This document shows, one piece after another, positions 1 to 9,836 of a stretch of DNA of 64,000 bases. Within the stretch, counting starts at the first letter, position 1. Every line of letters begins with the position of its first letter. The stretch lies in contig JAGBAJ010000038.1 in the NCBI GenBank assembly GCA_017939755.1, positions 15,216-79,215 of the forward strand, given 5' to 3'. Position numbers and translations under genes: made by a program. Below the pieces are notes generated by a model. The model had not been told where the DNA came from, searched no databases, and saw only the letters and a program-made list of their open reading frames with translations. Source of the stretch: Clostridia bacterium (lineage in GTDB: Bacteria > Bacillota > Clostridia > TANB77 > CAG-508).

Positions 1-115
1 AAAAAGATTAAAAATTGCAAATTGCGGATTAATAATTGCATTAATTGTTAGCATTATATTCTAATATTTACATATATATTAGTAGTGAACATATAGATAA
101 AGAGAGGCTATTAAT

Positions 116-1108
116 ATGGAAAAGTTAATTACTGATGAGGAGCGTATTAGAAGAGCAGAAGATTTAGTAGAGCGAAGAAGAAATCATGAGCTAAGAATTT
201 CTAGCGAGAATTTTGAAAAAAGAAATCAAAATAATATGACAAAGAAATTATTACTCCAAATATTATTTTGTCTAATTATATATTGTGGATTTTTAGGAAT
301 AAAAAGAATAAATAATGATGGATATAGAAATATAAAGAAACAATTAGACGTTGCACTTGAATATGATATAGATTTTAGACAAATATATGGTAATATATGC
401 GAACAATTAAAGAAAATAAATTTTGAAGTTAATCAGAAAATAGACTCTAATACCATAGAGCAAAATGGTGAAGAAAATAATAATGCAGAGGAGTCTATAA
501 ATGAAAATGCCATACAAGATAGCAATATTCAAGAGGAGAATGCCAATAAAAGTGAAAATAATATAGATGGAACAAATGTGAGCTTTAATGAAAAAAATGA
601 ATCTGGCATAGATGATAGTTTAATTGGGATTGGTGGAGGAAACGAGGAAAATGAACCAAATGGCGAATCTACAGATGAAGCTATCCATCAAATGTCTCAG
701 GATGCTGATTATATAAAATTAAATTATAAATTAACAAAACCGTTGAACGAATATGTTATAACATCAAAATTTGGAGTTCGTGCATCAAACGAATTAGTAT
801 CTGCAAATCATAAGGGAATTGACTTGGGGGCAATTACTGGTACTGAAATTTTTTCGTCATTAGATGGTGATGTGATTGAAGCTAATAGCTCTGGTGACTA
901 TGGAAAGCATATTAAAGTTCAAAAGAATGATTTAATAATAGTATATGCACATTGTAATAAATTATTTGTTAAAGAAGGTGATAGCATTAAACAAGGTCAA
1001 AAAATTGCGGAGGTAGGATCAACCGGAAAAGCAACAGGTCCACATTTACATTTTGAGATTAGGCGATGCTCTAGGTCAATAAATCCTGAACTTATTATGG
1101 AATTTTAA
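116..1108 (+). CDS. M23/LytM-family metallopeptidase, in the SpoIVFA-like position upstream of a site-2 protease
   Basis: 330-aa ORF with C-terminal LytM signatures HKGIDLGA and GSTGKATGPHLHFEIR. An M50 protease gene follows 19 nt downstream. Confidence 0.8.
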   Translation: MEKLITDEERIRRAEDLVERRRNHELRISSENFEKRNQNNMTKKLLLQILFCLIIYCGFLGIKRINNDGYRNIKKQLDVALEYDIDFRQIYGNICEQLKKINFEVNQKIDSNTIEQNGEENNNAEESINENAIQDSNIQEENANKSENNIDGTNVSFNEKNESGIDDSLIGIGGGNEENEPNGESTDEAIHQMSQDADYIKLNYKLTKPLNEYVITSKFGVRASNELVSANHKGIDLGAITGTEIFSSLDGDVIEANSSGDYGKHIKVQKNDLIIVYAHCNKLFVKEGDSIKQGQKIAEVGSTGKATGPHLHFEIRRCSRSINPELIMEF

Positions 1109-1126
1109 AGAGGGGATTTTTATGAA

Positions 1127-1792
1127 ATGAAAATTAAAATTGACGTAAAAATTCTATTTCTTGTACTTGCATTTTATGTTTTGGGAAATTTGTCACTATA
1201 TTTATGGCTAATGTTTTTTGCCTTTTTTCATGAAATTTTTCATTGTATAGCTGGAGCAATTTGTAAGTATAAACCCTGTTTATTTGAAATAAAATCATTT
1301 GGATTTTCGGTTGCATTTTCTAATTATATAGATGATTATAATGAAAAGATTTATATGGGAAACCTGGCTGAGCTAAAAAATATATTTATATACTTGTCTG
1401 GTCCGTTGTTCAATTTTTTCGCAGCTCTTTTTTTATATATTTTTAAGTTTAATGATGTACTAATTTATATAAATATTATTTTATGTATATTTAACTTAAT
1501 TCCAATTATTCCGCTAGATGGAGGAAGAATATTAAAGTCCATATTACACATTAGATATGGATTAAAGAAATCATATATAATAATCAAAAATATTTCATTT
1601 GCTTTTGTTATTTTTATACTTATGATTTCAAGTATATTAGTAATAAAATTCGAAAATTACTTTTTTTTACTATCAATTATTTATTTATGCATTTTATATT
1701 ATAGAGAAACTGAATATATTCAAAAAAAGTTAAAAATTTATAGACTCATGGATACTGATTTTTCAGAGAAAAATGGGAATTTCCAACTTTAG
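1127..1792 (+). CDS. spoIVFB: M50 site-2 protease, SpoIVFB-like
   Basis: Polytopic membrane ORF with an HExxH motif (FHEIFHCIAG) and the second M50 motif NLIPIIPLDGGRIL. Confidence 0.75.
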   Translation: MKIKIDVKILFLVLAFYVLGNLSLYLWLMFFAFFHEIFHCIAGAICKYKPCLFEIKSFGFSVAFSNYIDDYNEKIYMGNLAELKNIFIYLSGPLFNFFAALFLYIFKFNDVLIYINIILCIFNLIPIIPLDGGRILKSILHIRYGLKKSYIIIKNISFAFVIFILMISSILVIKFENYFFLLSIIYLCILYYRETEYIQKKLKIYRLMDTDFSEKNGNFQL

Positions 1793-1882
1793 TTGTCAAA
1801 TTTCCAATAAAAATTGCTTGAATACCATTTTATGCATTGTTATAATAAATTTATCAAAAAAATATTAAAAGGGGAAATAAAA

Positions 1883-2635
1883 ATGAATAATCAAGAAAAT
1901 GATGAATTTAAAATGGCAAATGCAAATCAATCAAATAATGAGTTTAATACATCTGAATCAAAAAATACAGGAAATGGAGAATTTGAGGCAGGCAAAGCAA
2001 AAGGTAATTCAAAAATAATAATTATAATATTATTTATAATTATTATCGCAGCACTTGCGATAGTTGGAATTTGTATTTCATTATCTGGAAAACAGAAAGA
2101 GCAAAAAGAAGAATTCAATGAGGTTAAAAATATAGTAGTGAATAAGGTCGATGAGACAAAAAAAGTACAAGAGCAGACAAAAGAAAATAATGAAAGTACA
2201 GAGCAGATTATAGAAAATAATAAAAATAAAGAGCTTTCTGAAGAATCAAAAAATGTTATCAAAGAAGCAATAAAAAATGGAAAAAGTGTTGCACCAGAAG
2301 ATTTTAAAAACATGACAAAAGAAGAGGCACAAAAATATATATTAGAGCATAATGAAGAAATCCAAAAATATATACTTGAGCATAAAGATGAAATTGTAGA
2401 AAATGCAAAAAAAGAAGCAGAAAATTTATATAATGAGAATAAAGATGAGATTGATAATGCACAAAAGCAAGCTGAAAATTATTACAACGAACACAAGGAT
2501 GAGATAGAATCTGCTGCTAAAAAGGCTGCAGAGGAAGCACAGAAAAATATAAATTCTGAAGATGTGCAAAAACAAATTGACGCAGCTAAGTCACAAGTTG
2601 AAAGTATGAAAGCTAATATGAAGATAAATTATTAG
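1883..2635 (+). CDS. Hypothetical membrane-anchored coiled-coil protein with internal repeats
   Basis: ATG at 1883 follows the RBS aaaagggg. One TM segment (IIIIILFIIIIAALAIVGICI). K/E-rich tail with the repeated block KYILEH(N/K)(E/D)EI. Confidence 0.6.
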   Translation: MNNQENDEFKMANANQSNNEFNTSESKNTGNGEFEAGKAKGNSKIIIIILFIIIIAALAIVGICISLSGKQKEQKEEFNEVKNIVVNKVDETKKVQEQTKENNESTEQIIENNKNKELSEESKNVIKEAIKNGKSVAPEDFKNMTKEEAQKYILEHNEEIQKYILEHKDEIVENAKKEAENLYNENKDEIDNAQKQAENYYNEHKDEIESAAKKAAEEAQKNINSEDVQKQIDAAKSQVESMKANMKINY

Positions 2636-2698
2636 TGATGAGTTGTATGAATGAAGTGGAAGAATATATAAGATATATTATGTATATTGATGAAAAAT

Positions 2699-2806
2699 AA
2701 TAAAAGAAGGAAATAAGTAAATAAAATGTATTCAATGGAAAAAATACTTTCTTTTTAGTATCTATTCCATTGGGCATATTTTAAAAAGCAATTTCCTTCT
2801 TTTATT
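2699..2806. repeat. Nested long hairpin (about 108 nt) downstream of the coiled-coil gene, terminator-like
   Basis: Outer arms aataaaagaaggaaat (2699-2714) and atttccttcttttatt (2791-2806) are perfectly complementary. Inner arms caatggaa / ttccattg. A T-rich tract follows. Confidence 0.7.
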
Positions 2807-2838
2807 TTATATATTAGGAAAGTCATGCTGACTTTTCC
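2807..2838. repeat. Truncated copy of palindromic module P of the intergenic repeat family
   Basis: ttatatattaggaaagtcatgctgacttttcc matches the left arm and core of the palindromes at 21277 and 63741. The right arm is cut off. Confidence 0.7.
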
Positions 2839-2922
2839 GAGTTACTCTGTAAAAACGAGTTGCTAACAAAAGAATAAAATAGAAAACACAAATAGAATTC
2901 GAAATTTGTCGATGCTTTATGA

Positions 2923-2951
2923 TTGACATTTGTTTTTTTTATTAATATAAT
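2923..2951 (+). promoter_or_regulatory. Consensus sigma-A-type promoter upstream of adhE
   Basis: TTGACA (2923-2928), 17-nt spacer, TATAAT (2946-2951), about 35 nt upstream of the adhE RBS. Confidence 0.6.
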
Positions 2952-2985
2952 TTGGGCAATGTACAGATAAAAAAGGAGGACCTTT

Positions 2986-5589
2986 ATGTCAAAAGAAATT
3001 AATGAAGAAGAAGCAATTAAGAAAATGATTGATGACTTAGTTGCTAGGGCAAAGAGAGCATCTGCAGAGTATCTAAAGCTAAATCAAGATCAAGTTAATA
3101 ACATTATAAAAGCTATGTCTATGGCAGGACTTGAGCATCATATGGAGCTCGCAAAAATGGCTGTTGAAGAGACAGGTAGAGGAATATACGAGGATAAAAT
3201 AACTAAAAATATGTTTGCAACAGAATATATTTATCACAATATAAAATATGCAAAAACAGTAGGAGTTATAAACGAGAATGAAGAGGAAGGTTACGAAGAA
3301 ATTGCAGAGCCAATAGGAATTATTGCGGGTGTTACACCAGTTACAAACCCAACATCAACAACTATGTTTAAGGCTATGATTTCTGCAAAGACAAGAAACG
3401 TAATTATATTTGGATTCCACCCAGGTGCTCAAAAATCAAGTGTTGCAGCTGCTAAAATAGTTAGAGATGCAGCTATAAAGGCTGGAGCTCCAGAGGATTG
3501 TATTTTATGGATTGAAGAGCCTTCAATAACAGCTACAAATTTACTTATGCATCATCCAGATGTAGATTTAATTTTAGCAACTGGTGGAACAGGTATGGTT
3601 AAGGCTGCTTACTCATCTGGAAAACCAGCTCTTGGAGTTGGTCCTGGAAATGTTCCATGTTATATAGATAAAACTGCTAAATTAAAAACATCTGTAAATG
3701 ATTTAGTTATGTCAAAATCATTTGATAACGGAATGATTTGTGCTTCAGAGCAATCTGTTATTGTAGATAAAGAAATACAAAAAGAGTTTGAACAATTAAT
3801 GAAAGAAGCAGGATGCTACTTCTTATCTGCGGAAGAAACAAAAAAATTAAGAGGTAGTATGTTTATAGAAGAAAAGGGATGTGCTTTAAATTCTGATATT
3901 GTTGGAAAAAGTCCATACGTTATTGCTAAAGGGGCAGGAATTGAAGTACCAAAAGACACAAAGGTTCTAGTGTTAAAAGAAAATGGTGTTGGAGTTGAAT
4001 ATCCATTTTCTAAAGAAAAACTTAGCCCAGTACTTGCATACTACGTTGTAAATAGTAGTGATGAGGGTATAGCACTTGCAGAAAAATTACTTGAATTTGG
4101 TGGCCTTGGACATTCCGCAGCAATTCATTCAGAGGATAAAGAAACTATTCGTAAATTCTCAGAGACAGTAAAGGCTGGAAGAATTATTGTAAATTCTCCA
4201 TCAACACATGGAGCAATTGGAGATATATACAATACAAACTTACCATCATTAACACTTGGGTGTGGATCATTTGGTGGAAATTCTACAACAGCGAATGTAT
4301 CTTCAGTTAATTTAATAAATGTAAAAAGAGTAGCAAAAAGGAGAGTTAATATGCAATGGTTTAAGGTTCCAGAAAAAATATATTTTGAAGCAGGATCAAT
4401 TGCTTATTTAGAAAAAATGAGAGATATTTCAAGAGCATTTATTGTAACAGATCCTGGAATGGTTAAATTAGGATATGTAGATAAAATATTATACCATTTA
4501 AGAAAAAGAGCAGAATATGTTCACTCAGAAATTTTTGCAGAGGTAGAGCCAGATCCTTCATTCGATACAATATATAAAGGTGTAGAAATGATGAATAGCT
4601 TTAAACCAGATGTAATTATTGCAATTGGTGGAGGAAGTGCAATGGATGCTGCTAAAGGTATGTGGCTATTCTACGAGCACCCAGATGCAGATCCAGAAGG
4701 AATGAAACTTAAGTTTATGGATATTCGTAAACGTACTTATAAATTTCCTAAACTTGGGGAAAAAGCTAAGATGGTTTGTATTCCAACAACATCTGGAACA
4801 GGTTCTGAGGTAACATCTTTTGCTGTTATAACAGACAAGAAGATAAATAAAAAATATCCACTTGCGGATTATGAGTTAACACCAGATATAGCAATAGTTG
4901 ACCCAGATTTAGTTATGACTCTTCCAAAGAGCATTACTGCAGATACTGGTATGGATGTTTTAACACATGCTTTGGAGGCGTATGTATCAAACATGGCATC
5001 TGATTATACAGATGGTTTGGCAGAAAAAGCTATTGAGCTTGTATATAAGAATTTAAGAGCTGCATACAATGATGGAACAAACAGGTATGCAAGAGAGAAA
5101 ATGCACAATGCAAGTTGTATTGCTGGTATGGCTTTTTCAAATGCATTTCTTGGAGTTAATCACTCTATAGCGCATAAATTAGGTGGAGAATTCCATATTC
5201 CACATGGTAGAGCCAATGCAATAATTCTTCCATATGTAATAAGATATAACGCTACAAAGCCAACAAAATTTGTATCATTCCCTAAATATGAATACTTTAT
5301 AGCAGATGAAAAATATGCTGAAGTAGCCAGAAGATTAGGACTAAAAGCTAAGACAACTGAGCAAGGTGTAGACTCATTAATTGAAGCAGTTAAACAATTA
5401 AATGCAGATTTAGGAATGCCTAAAACATTAAAAGAAGCGGGAGTTGATGAGCAAGAGTTCCTAGCTAAAATAGATAAATTAGCAGAGATGGCTTTTGAGG
5501 ATCAATGTACAAATGCAAATCCAAGACTTCCATTAGTTAGCGAAATAAAAGAAATATTACTTCAAGCTTATTATGGTGAGAAAGAATAG
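2986..5589 (+). CDS. adhE: Bifunctional acetaldehyde-CoA/alcohol dehydrogenase
   Basis: 867-aa ORF. The N-terminal half is aldehyde dehydrogenase-like and the C-terminal half is an iron-type alcohol dehydrogenase (GGGSAMDAAK, HSIAHKLGGEFHIPHG). Strong RBS aaaaggagga. Confidence 0.95.
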   Translation: MSKEINEEEAIKKMIDDLVARAKRASAEYLKLNQDQVNNIIKAMSMAGLEHHMELAKMAVEETGRGIYEDKITKNMFATEYIYHNIKYAKTVGVINENEEEGYEEIAEPIGIIAGVTPVTNPTSTTMFKAMISAKTRNVIIFGFHPGAQKSSVAAAKIVRDAAIKAGAPEDCILWIEEPSITATNLLMHHPDVDLILATGGTGMVKAAYSSGKPALGVGPGNVPCYIDKTAKLKTSVNDLVMSKSFDNGMICASEQSVIVDKEIQKEFEQLMKEAGCYFLSAEETKKLRGSMFIEEKGCALNSDIVGKSPYVIAKGAGIEVPKDTKVLVLKENGVGVEYPFSKEKLSPVLAYYVVNSSDEGIALAEKLLEFGGLGHSAAIHSEDKETIRKFSETVKAGRIIVNSPSTHGAIGDIYNTNLPSLTLGCGSFGGNSTTANVSSVNLINVKRVAKRRVNMQWFKVPEKIYFEAGSIAYLEKMRDISRAFIVTDPGMVKLGYVDKILYHLRKRAEYVHSEIFAEVEPDPSFDTIYKGVEMMNSFKPDVIIAIGGGSAMDAAKGMWLFYEHPDADPEGMKLKFMDIRKRTYKFPKLGEKAKMVCIPTTSGTGSEVTSFAVITDKKINKKYPLADYELTPDIAIVDPDLVMTLPKSITADTGMDVLTHALEAYVSNMASDYTDGLAEKAIELVYKNLRAAYNDGTNRYAREKMHNASCIAGMAFSNAFLGVNHSIAHKLGGEFHIPHGRANAIILPYVIRYNATKPTKFVSFPKYEYFIADEKYAEVARRLGLKAKTTEQGVDSLIEAVKQLNADLGMPKTLKEAGVDEQEFLAKIDKLAEMAFEDQCTNANPRLPLVSEIKEILLQAYYGEKE

Positions 5590-5659
5590 AAAAAGCCACC
5601 TGATAAATTTAAAACATTAAGTGAGATTGGTTACACTTAACCTTGATTATATAAGAAAA

Positions 5660-5690
5660 GAGGACGTTGAAACTTTCGTTTCACGTCCTC
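5660..5690 (-). terminator. GC-rich hairpin between convergent adhE and the DUF1385-like gene
   Basis: Stem gaggacg-tgaaac / gtttca-cgtcctc. On the minus strand it is followed by ttttctt. Confidence 0.6.
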
Positions 5691-5701
5691 AATGCATTTC
5701 C

Positions 5702-6535
5702 TTACGAGTCTTCAGATACACCGATTATTACAATTCCGTCACAAACTTCTGAGTCGACAATTGGTTTGATTTGCTCTAATTCTGCTTCCATTTCTTCAAA
5801 GTTTTTTAAACCCTCAATTGCAAGCAGTAGCTCTTTATCAGATGGTTTTTCTGTAATGAACACCTGCAAAAATCTGAGCCAGCCTCTGTCACTAATAAAT
5901 GATATAACGATGTCGATTAACATCAGTGAACCAATTAGTAAGAAGAGCTTCAGAAAGAATGTAGTGTTTATATATCCTTGGATGGCAAAGAGCAATGTTG
6001 AAAGTAAATTGATACTTAGCGTCTTAAATGTAAACCTACTTCCGCAATCTTTTCTAAAACGTGAAAAACTACGGATTTCTTCGAGCGTGGGAATTCTTTG
6101 AAGCGTATTGTAAGCATTAATTGCCATGTGCTCTGTGCCATGAAAGCGCTTGAATGAATAACCATTCTCATCACGAATTCCACCTTTATGGCATGATTCC
6201 ACAATAGCATAGAATAAAGATGATGTAGTTAAACAAAAGTACATTATGGCTGCTGGTAGACCTACAATATTGAATGCAAACCCTAAGACAAAAGAAAGGA
6301 AGATGAGTATGGTGTCTAAAAGCATTCTTCTTTTTTTTCTTAAGGCGTTTGTCCTATCATCGAGAGGTGCTAGTGAATTCGCTATTTGGTCAGGTGGTTG
6401 GACAACAGGTTTGTTGCAAATGTTACCATTTCCGTCGATAAATGTCTCGGTGCCACAAAAAGGAAATACATTTGAATAGAAAATTATTCCATTCTTGTTT
6501 GACCGGGCCTTACATATTTTTTTGTGCTCTGTCAT
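5702..6535 (-). CDS. DUF1385-like polytopic membrane protein with a Cys-rich N-terminus
   Basis: FHGTEHMAINAY...SRFRKDCGSRFTF and LQVFITEKPSDKELLLAIEGL resemble the HGAEHK / RCGTSF / LQxLTTxEP blocks I recall for DUF1385 (YqhQ-like). RBS aaaggag. G+C is higher than in neighbours. Confidence 0.55.
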   Translation of the reverse strand: MTEHKKICKARSNKNGIIFYSNVFPFCGTETFIDGNGNICNKPVVQPPDQIANSLAPLDDRTNALRKKRRMLLDTILIFLSFVLGFAFNIVGLPAAIMYFCLTTSSLFYAIVESCHKGGIRDENGYSFKRFHGTEHMAINAYNTLQRIPTLEEIRSFSRFRKDCGSRFTFKTLSINLLSTLLFAIQGYINTTFFLKLFLLIGSLMLIDIVISFISDRGWLRFLQVFITEKPSDKELLLAIEGLKNFEEMEAELEQIKPIVDSEVCDGIVIIGVSEDS

Positions 6536-6627
6536 AATTTTTCTCCTTTACATATAAAATTTATATTTTTGTATTATATCACGGATTTGGCCGTTTAGCA
6601 AGTTTAGATTTAATATAGTGTCTATGA

Positions 6628-6652
6628 ATGGTTACTATTTAATAGTAACCAT
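6628..6652. promoter_or_regulatory. Perfect 25-bp palindrome (candidate operator) in the divergent intergenic region
   Basis: atggttactatt-t-aatagtaaccat: 12-nt arms that are exact reverse complements, with one central nucleotide. Confidence 0.6.
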
Positions 6653-6848
6653 GAATGTACTACAAATGTCGTTTGAAATTCTAAGCGATTTTTACTAGTT
6701 TGTGTTGGCATGATTAGTGATATTCCATTTTGTTATAACACAAGGAAACATATGTATTTCAGTTTTGGTAAATAGTATGCTAAAATAAAATTGTTCTATT
6801 AATGTATCAACTGATACTATTGTTATATTAAAGAAAGAGGTATGTCAT

Positions 6849-7835
6849 ATGAAAAAACGGGTTAATACTTACTTAGCAATTGCTATTACAACTATGTGCA
6901 ACTACAAATGCTTCTACTGCAAGAGAGGTGGCGAAAGTATATCCAAAACCGAAGAAACAATTCCATTTGAAACAATTAAGGGAATAATTACTTTGGCGTA
7001 CGAAAATGGAATTTGCAATTTTCGAATTACTGGAGGCGAACCCACAGGTGTTTATTATTTTGGTGAGCTTATAGAGCATATAATGAACTTGAGTGGTACT
7101 AAAGTTAGAATTAACACTAACGGATTCAAAATTTTGGAATATCTGGAGGTACTTAAAAAATACAGAGCAAGGCTTGATGTTGTTTTCAGCGTTGATAGCA
7201 TGTCTCAGTATATAGAAGGAATTCATTTTCCAAAGTTTCTCTCAGAAAATGTAATGAAGATTACAAAAATATTGAGAGAAAGTGAAATTCCAGTACGCTA
7301 CAATATTGTTGTAACTTCAATTAATAAAAGTGAGGTAAAAAAATTGGTATTGAAAGCGGTTGATGAGCTTCACGTTAATGTTAAGCTTCTGGATCTGAAC
7401 AAATTTTCTGAGTATCTTGGATATAAGGATTTGGTAAGCGGGAAAAAAGCGATTTGTTTATGGGAAGAGCTTTTTGTTCCAATGTCAGATTTTTATGAAT
7501 TCTTCAAACAAATTTCGGATAAGTCAGCTTCCGAATGGACAACTGGTATGGTTGGAAAAGCACAAGGAATTCCTATGAGTGCATACTTTAGGGGTGATAA
7601 CTGGATTCAGGTAAAAGATTCTTCAAGAGGAGCTAAGTACTCTAGTTTTTGCAAGTCAAATTGCAATTACTACAGATTGGGCAATTGCCAGGAAGGAGTA
7701 TTTAGTCTATTTTTATCGTCTGATTTGACGCTACACTTGTCAGGGTGTAAAAACGAAGATATCCATTTTAAATTAGACAATAGTGATGAGGATTATATTA
7801 AAACAGCTTTTTCAGAGCTGTTAGAACTTGTTTAA
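6849..7835 (+). CDS. Radical SAM enzyme, MoaA-like fold, not obviously a true MoaA
   Basis: CNYKCFYC (CxxxCxxC) near the N-terminus, ITGGEPT, and a C-terminal Cys cluster CKSNCNYYRLGNC. RBS aagaaagagg. Confidence 0.8.
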   Translation: MKKRVNTYLAIAITTMCNYKCFYCKRGGESISKTEETIPFETIKGIITLAYENGICNFRITGGEPTGVYYFGELIEHIMNLSGTKVRINTNGFKILEYLEVLKKYRARLDVVFSVDSMSQYIEGIHFPKFLSENVMKITKILRESEIPVRYNIVVTSINKSEVKKLVLKAVDELHVNVKLLDLNKFSEYLGYKDLVSGKKAICLWEELFVPMSDFYEFFKQISDKSASEWTTGMVGKAQGIPMSAYFRGDNWIQVKDSSRGAKYSSFCKSNCNYYRLGNCQEGVFSLFLSSDLTLHLSGCKNEDIHFKLDNSDEDYIKTAFSELLELV

Positions 7836-7857
7836 ACTCATTTTTTTAGCATACAAA

Positions 7858-7889
7858 AGCATGAGGTGTTTTGAATATCTCATGTTTTT
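7858..7889 (+). terminator. Intrinsic terminator after the radical SAM gene
   Basis: Stem catgag / ctcatg followed by ttttt. Confidence 0.6.
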
Positions 7890-7987
7890 GTGTTATAAAT
7901 AACATATAATAATTTATTAATGTTAAAATAATTAGTGTAAAACATATTGTATGCTTTATAGTACTTTGTGCCGAATGAAGTAATAAG

Positions 7988-8867
7988 ATGGAGGATCAAA
8001 TGATAGATTTTGAATTATATAGAATTTTTGTTGTTGTTGCGGAAGAAGAGAATATAACGAAAGCTAGCATGAAGCTAAATATATCTCAGCCTGCTATTAC
8101 AAAGCATATAAAGAGCTTAGAGAAACAGCTTTCTATAAAATTATTCGAAAGACTTAGTAAGGGAGTTTCGTTAACCGAAGAAGGTAGGAGGTTATATGAA
8201 AAAATTAAGAATCCCATTGGAGAACTTAATAGAGTAGATGAGGAAATGTGTAAAGAAGTAAGTATTAATATTGGAACACATAATCATATGGGGAGCTGTG
8301 TTTTTGGTGATGTTATAAATGAATATTGCTTAAAGTATCCAGATGTTAATTTAAATTTGATTTGTGAGGAAACGTCCGAGATGATAAGGAAACTTAAGAG
8401 CAAAGAGCTTGATATTGTATTTTCAAAGAAACATAGTGAAGATATAAAGCGGACTTGAATATGTTAAATTGGGGTATTTGCACGATGTAATTATTGCAAG
8501 TAAAAATTCTGAGTTTGCAAATAAAGAGCTAACTCTTGATAATATAGAAAATCAAATTATATATGCACCAAGAATTTATGCACAGGCTGTGAAAAGATTA
8601 AAGGAATTAACACCAGGTAGAAGCTTAAAATTGAAAAATAGTAGTTACAAAACAATTTTAGAGCTTGCAAGCTCTGCAAAGGCATTGGGTCTTATAACAC
8701 GAGAATATGTTGATGAAGATGAATTTAAAAGACTTAATTTGATTGAGGTAAAAACAAGCATAGACATAGGAAAAATTGAGTTTGGAATTTATTTAAATTC
8801 TAATAGATTTAGAGAGCTAAATAATTTGACTGGACTTATAAAATTATATTTTAGACAATCTTGCTAA
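7988..8867 (+). pseudogene. LysR-family transcriptional regulator interrupted by a +1 frameshift near 8447-8455
   Basis: The N-terminal HTH (FVVVAEEENITKASMKLNISQPAITKHIKSLE) is in frame 2 and ends at 8458. The substrate-binding half continues in frame 0 (..GLEYVKLGYLHDVIIASK..) to 8867. Confidence 0.7.
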
Positions 8868-9053
8868 AAATATCTAATCTAAAGGAATATAGCAAATTCT
8901 AATATGAATAGTAACACTAATATAAAAATGCCAAATAATGCACTAATAAAAATTATTGACAAATTAAATAAAAGGAGGATGTAGTTTGAAAGAAATAATT
9001 TTTTCATAACTATGTGTATCTTTAAGCAAAGCGAGAAAGGAATGAATTTTTTT

Positions 9054-9716
9054 ATGGATTATAAATACATATTTTTTGATTTTGATGGGACATTAGTTAA
9101 TACTATAGATGGAACTGAAGCATCGGCAAAATATGCACTTGATCAGTTTTCTATAAATACAGATAATATAAAAGATTTAGGAAGAATTTTCTGTGGACCA
9201 CCACTTAAAGAGTCATTTTCGAAATTTAATCTATCAGAAGCTGATATCGAGTTGGCAATTAAATTTTATAAGAAATATCAAGCTGAAAACACAATTGAAT
9301 TATCTAAAATTTATGAGGGTATAAAAGAGCTATTGAGTAATTTAAAGAAAATTGGCAAAAGCCTAAAAGTTGTAACTATCAAATCTAGAGATGTAGCAAT
9401 TCAAATTTTAAAGTTTTTGGATATATATCAATTTTTCGATGAGGTTATTGGTACATGTGATGAATTTCCAAATCAAAATAAAAAAGAAATGTTAAAGTTT
9501 GTAACTGAAAAAGTAGATTTAAATAAAGCTATAATGATAGGCGATAGAAAAAGCGACATTGATGCAGGAAATTACTGCAAAATTGATACAATAGCTGTTC
9601 TATATGGCATGGATTCAAAGGAAAGATTATCAAATGCAAATCCAACATTTTATGCTAAAAATGCAAAAGAAATATATGATATTTTGTTAGGCAGAAATAT
9701 TAAATGCAATAGTTAA
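9054..9716 (+). CDS. HAD-superfamily hydrolase (phosphoglycolate phosphatase-like)
   Basis: Motif I FFDFDGTLVNT at the N-terminus and motif IV IGDRKSDIDAG. The start could also be 9042. Confidence 0.75.
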   Translation: MDYKYIFFDFDGTLVNTIDGTEASAKYALDQFSINTDNIKDLGRIFCGPPLKESFSKFNLSEADIELAIKFYKKYQAENTIELSKIYEGIKELLSNLKKIGKSLKVVTIKSRDVAIQILKFLDIYQFFDEVIGTCDEFPNQNKKEMLKFVTEKVDLNKAIMIGDRKSDIDAGNYCKIDTIAVLYGMDSKERLSNANPTFYAKNAKEIYDILLGRNIKCNS

Positions 9717-9836
9717 AATAGCGTCAGCTGGTATCAAGGCCTTATAGGCCGATATGAAAGGGGCTGTAAAAAACAACACTTTGATAAGAATTAACAAAAA
9801 TATCTTGCTTTTCATAAAATTAGTATGGGAGGTGAT

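Noticed and set aside
5667-6479. The + strand ORFs 5667-6101 and 6246-6479, and the similar antisense ORFs listed inside adhE, the ATPase gene, priA, dnaK, hydA, spoIVA and others.
   Set aside because: All lie antisense to, or out of frame within, genes with strong family signatures. They lack ribosome-binding sites and have low-complexity or hydrophobic translations typical of shadow ORFs.
8976-9053. Strong SD (aaaaggagg) followed by a 7-codon TTG mini-ORF (MKEIIFS*) upstream of the HAD hydrolase gene, as another leader-peptide candidate.
   Set aside because: It is a single occurrence with no sequence similarity to the def/ppa leader module. Short ORFs after SD-like strings are expected by chance in A/G-rich leaders.
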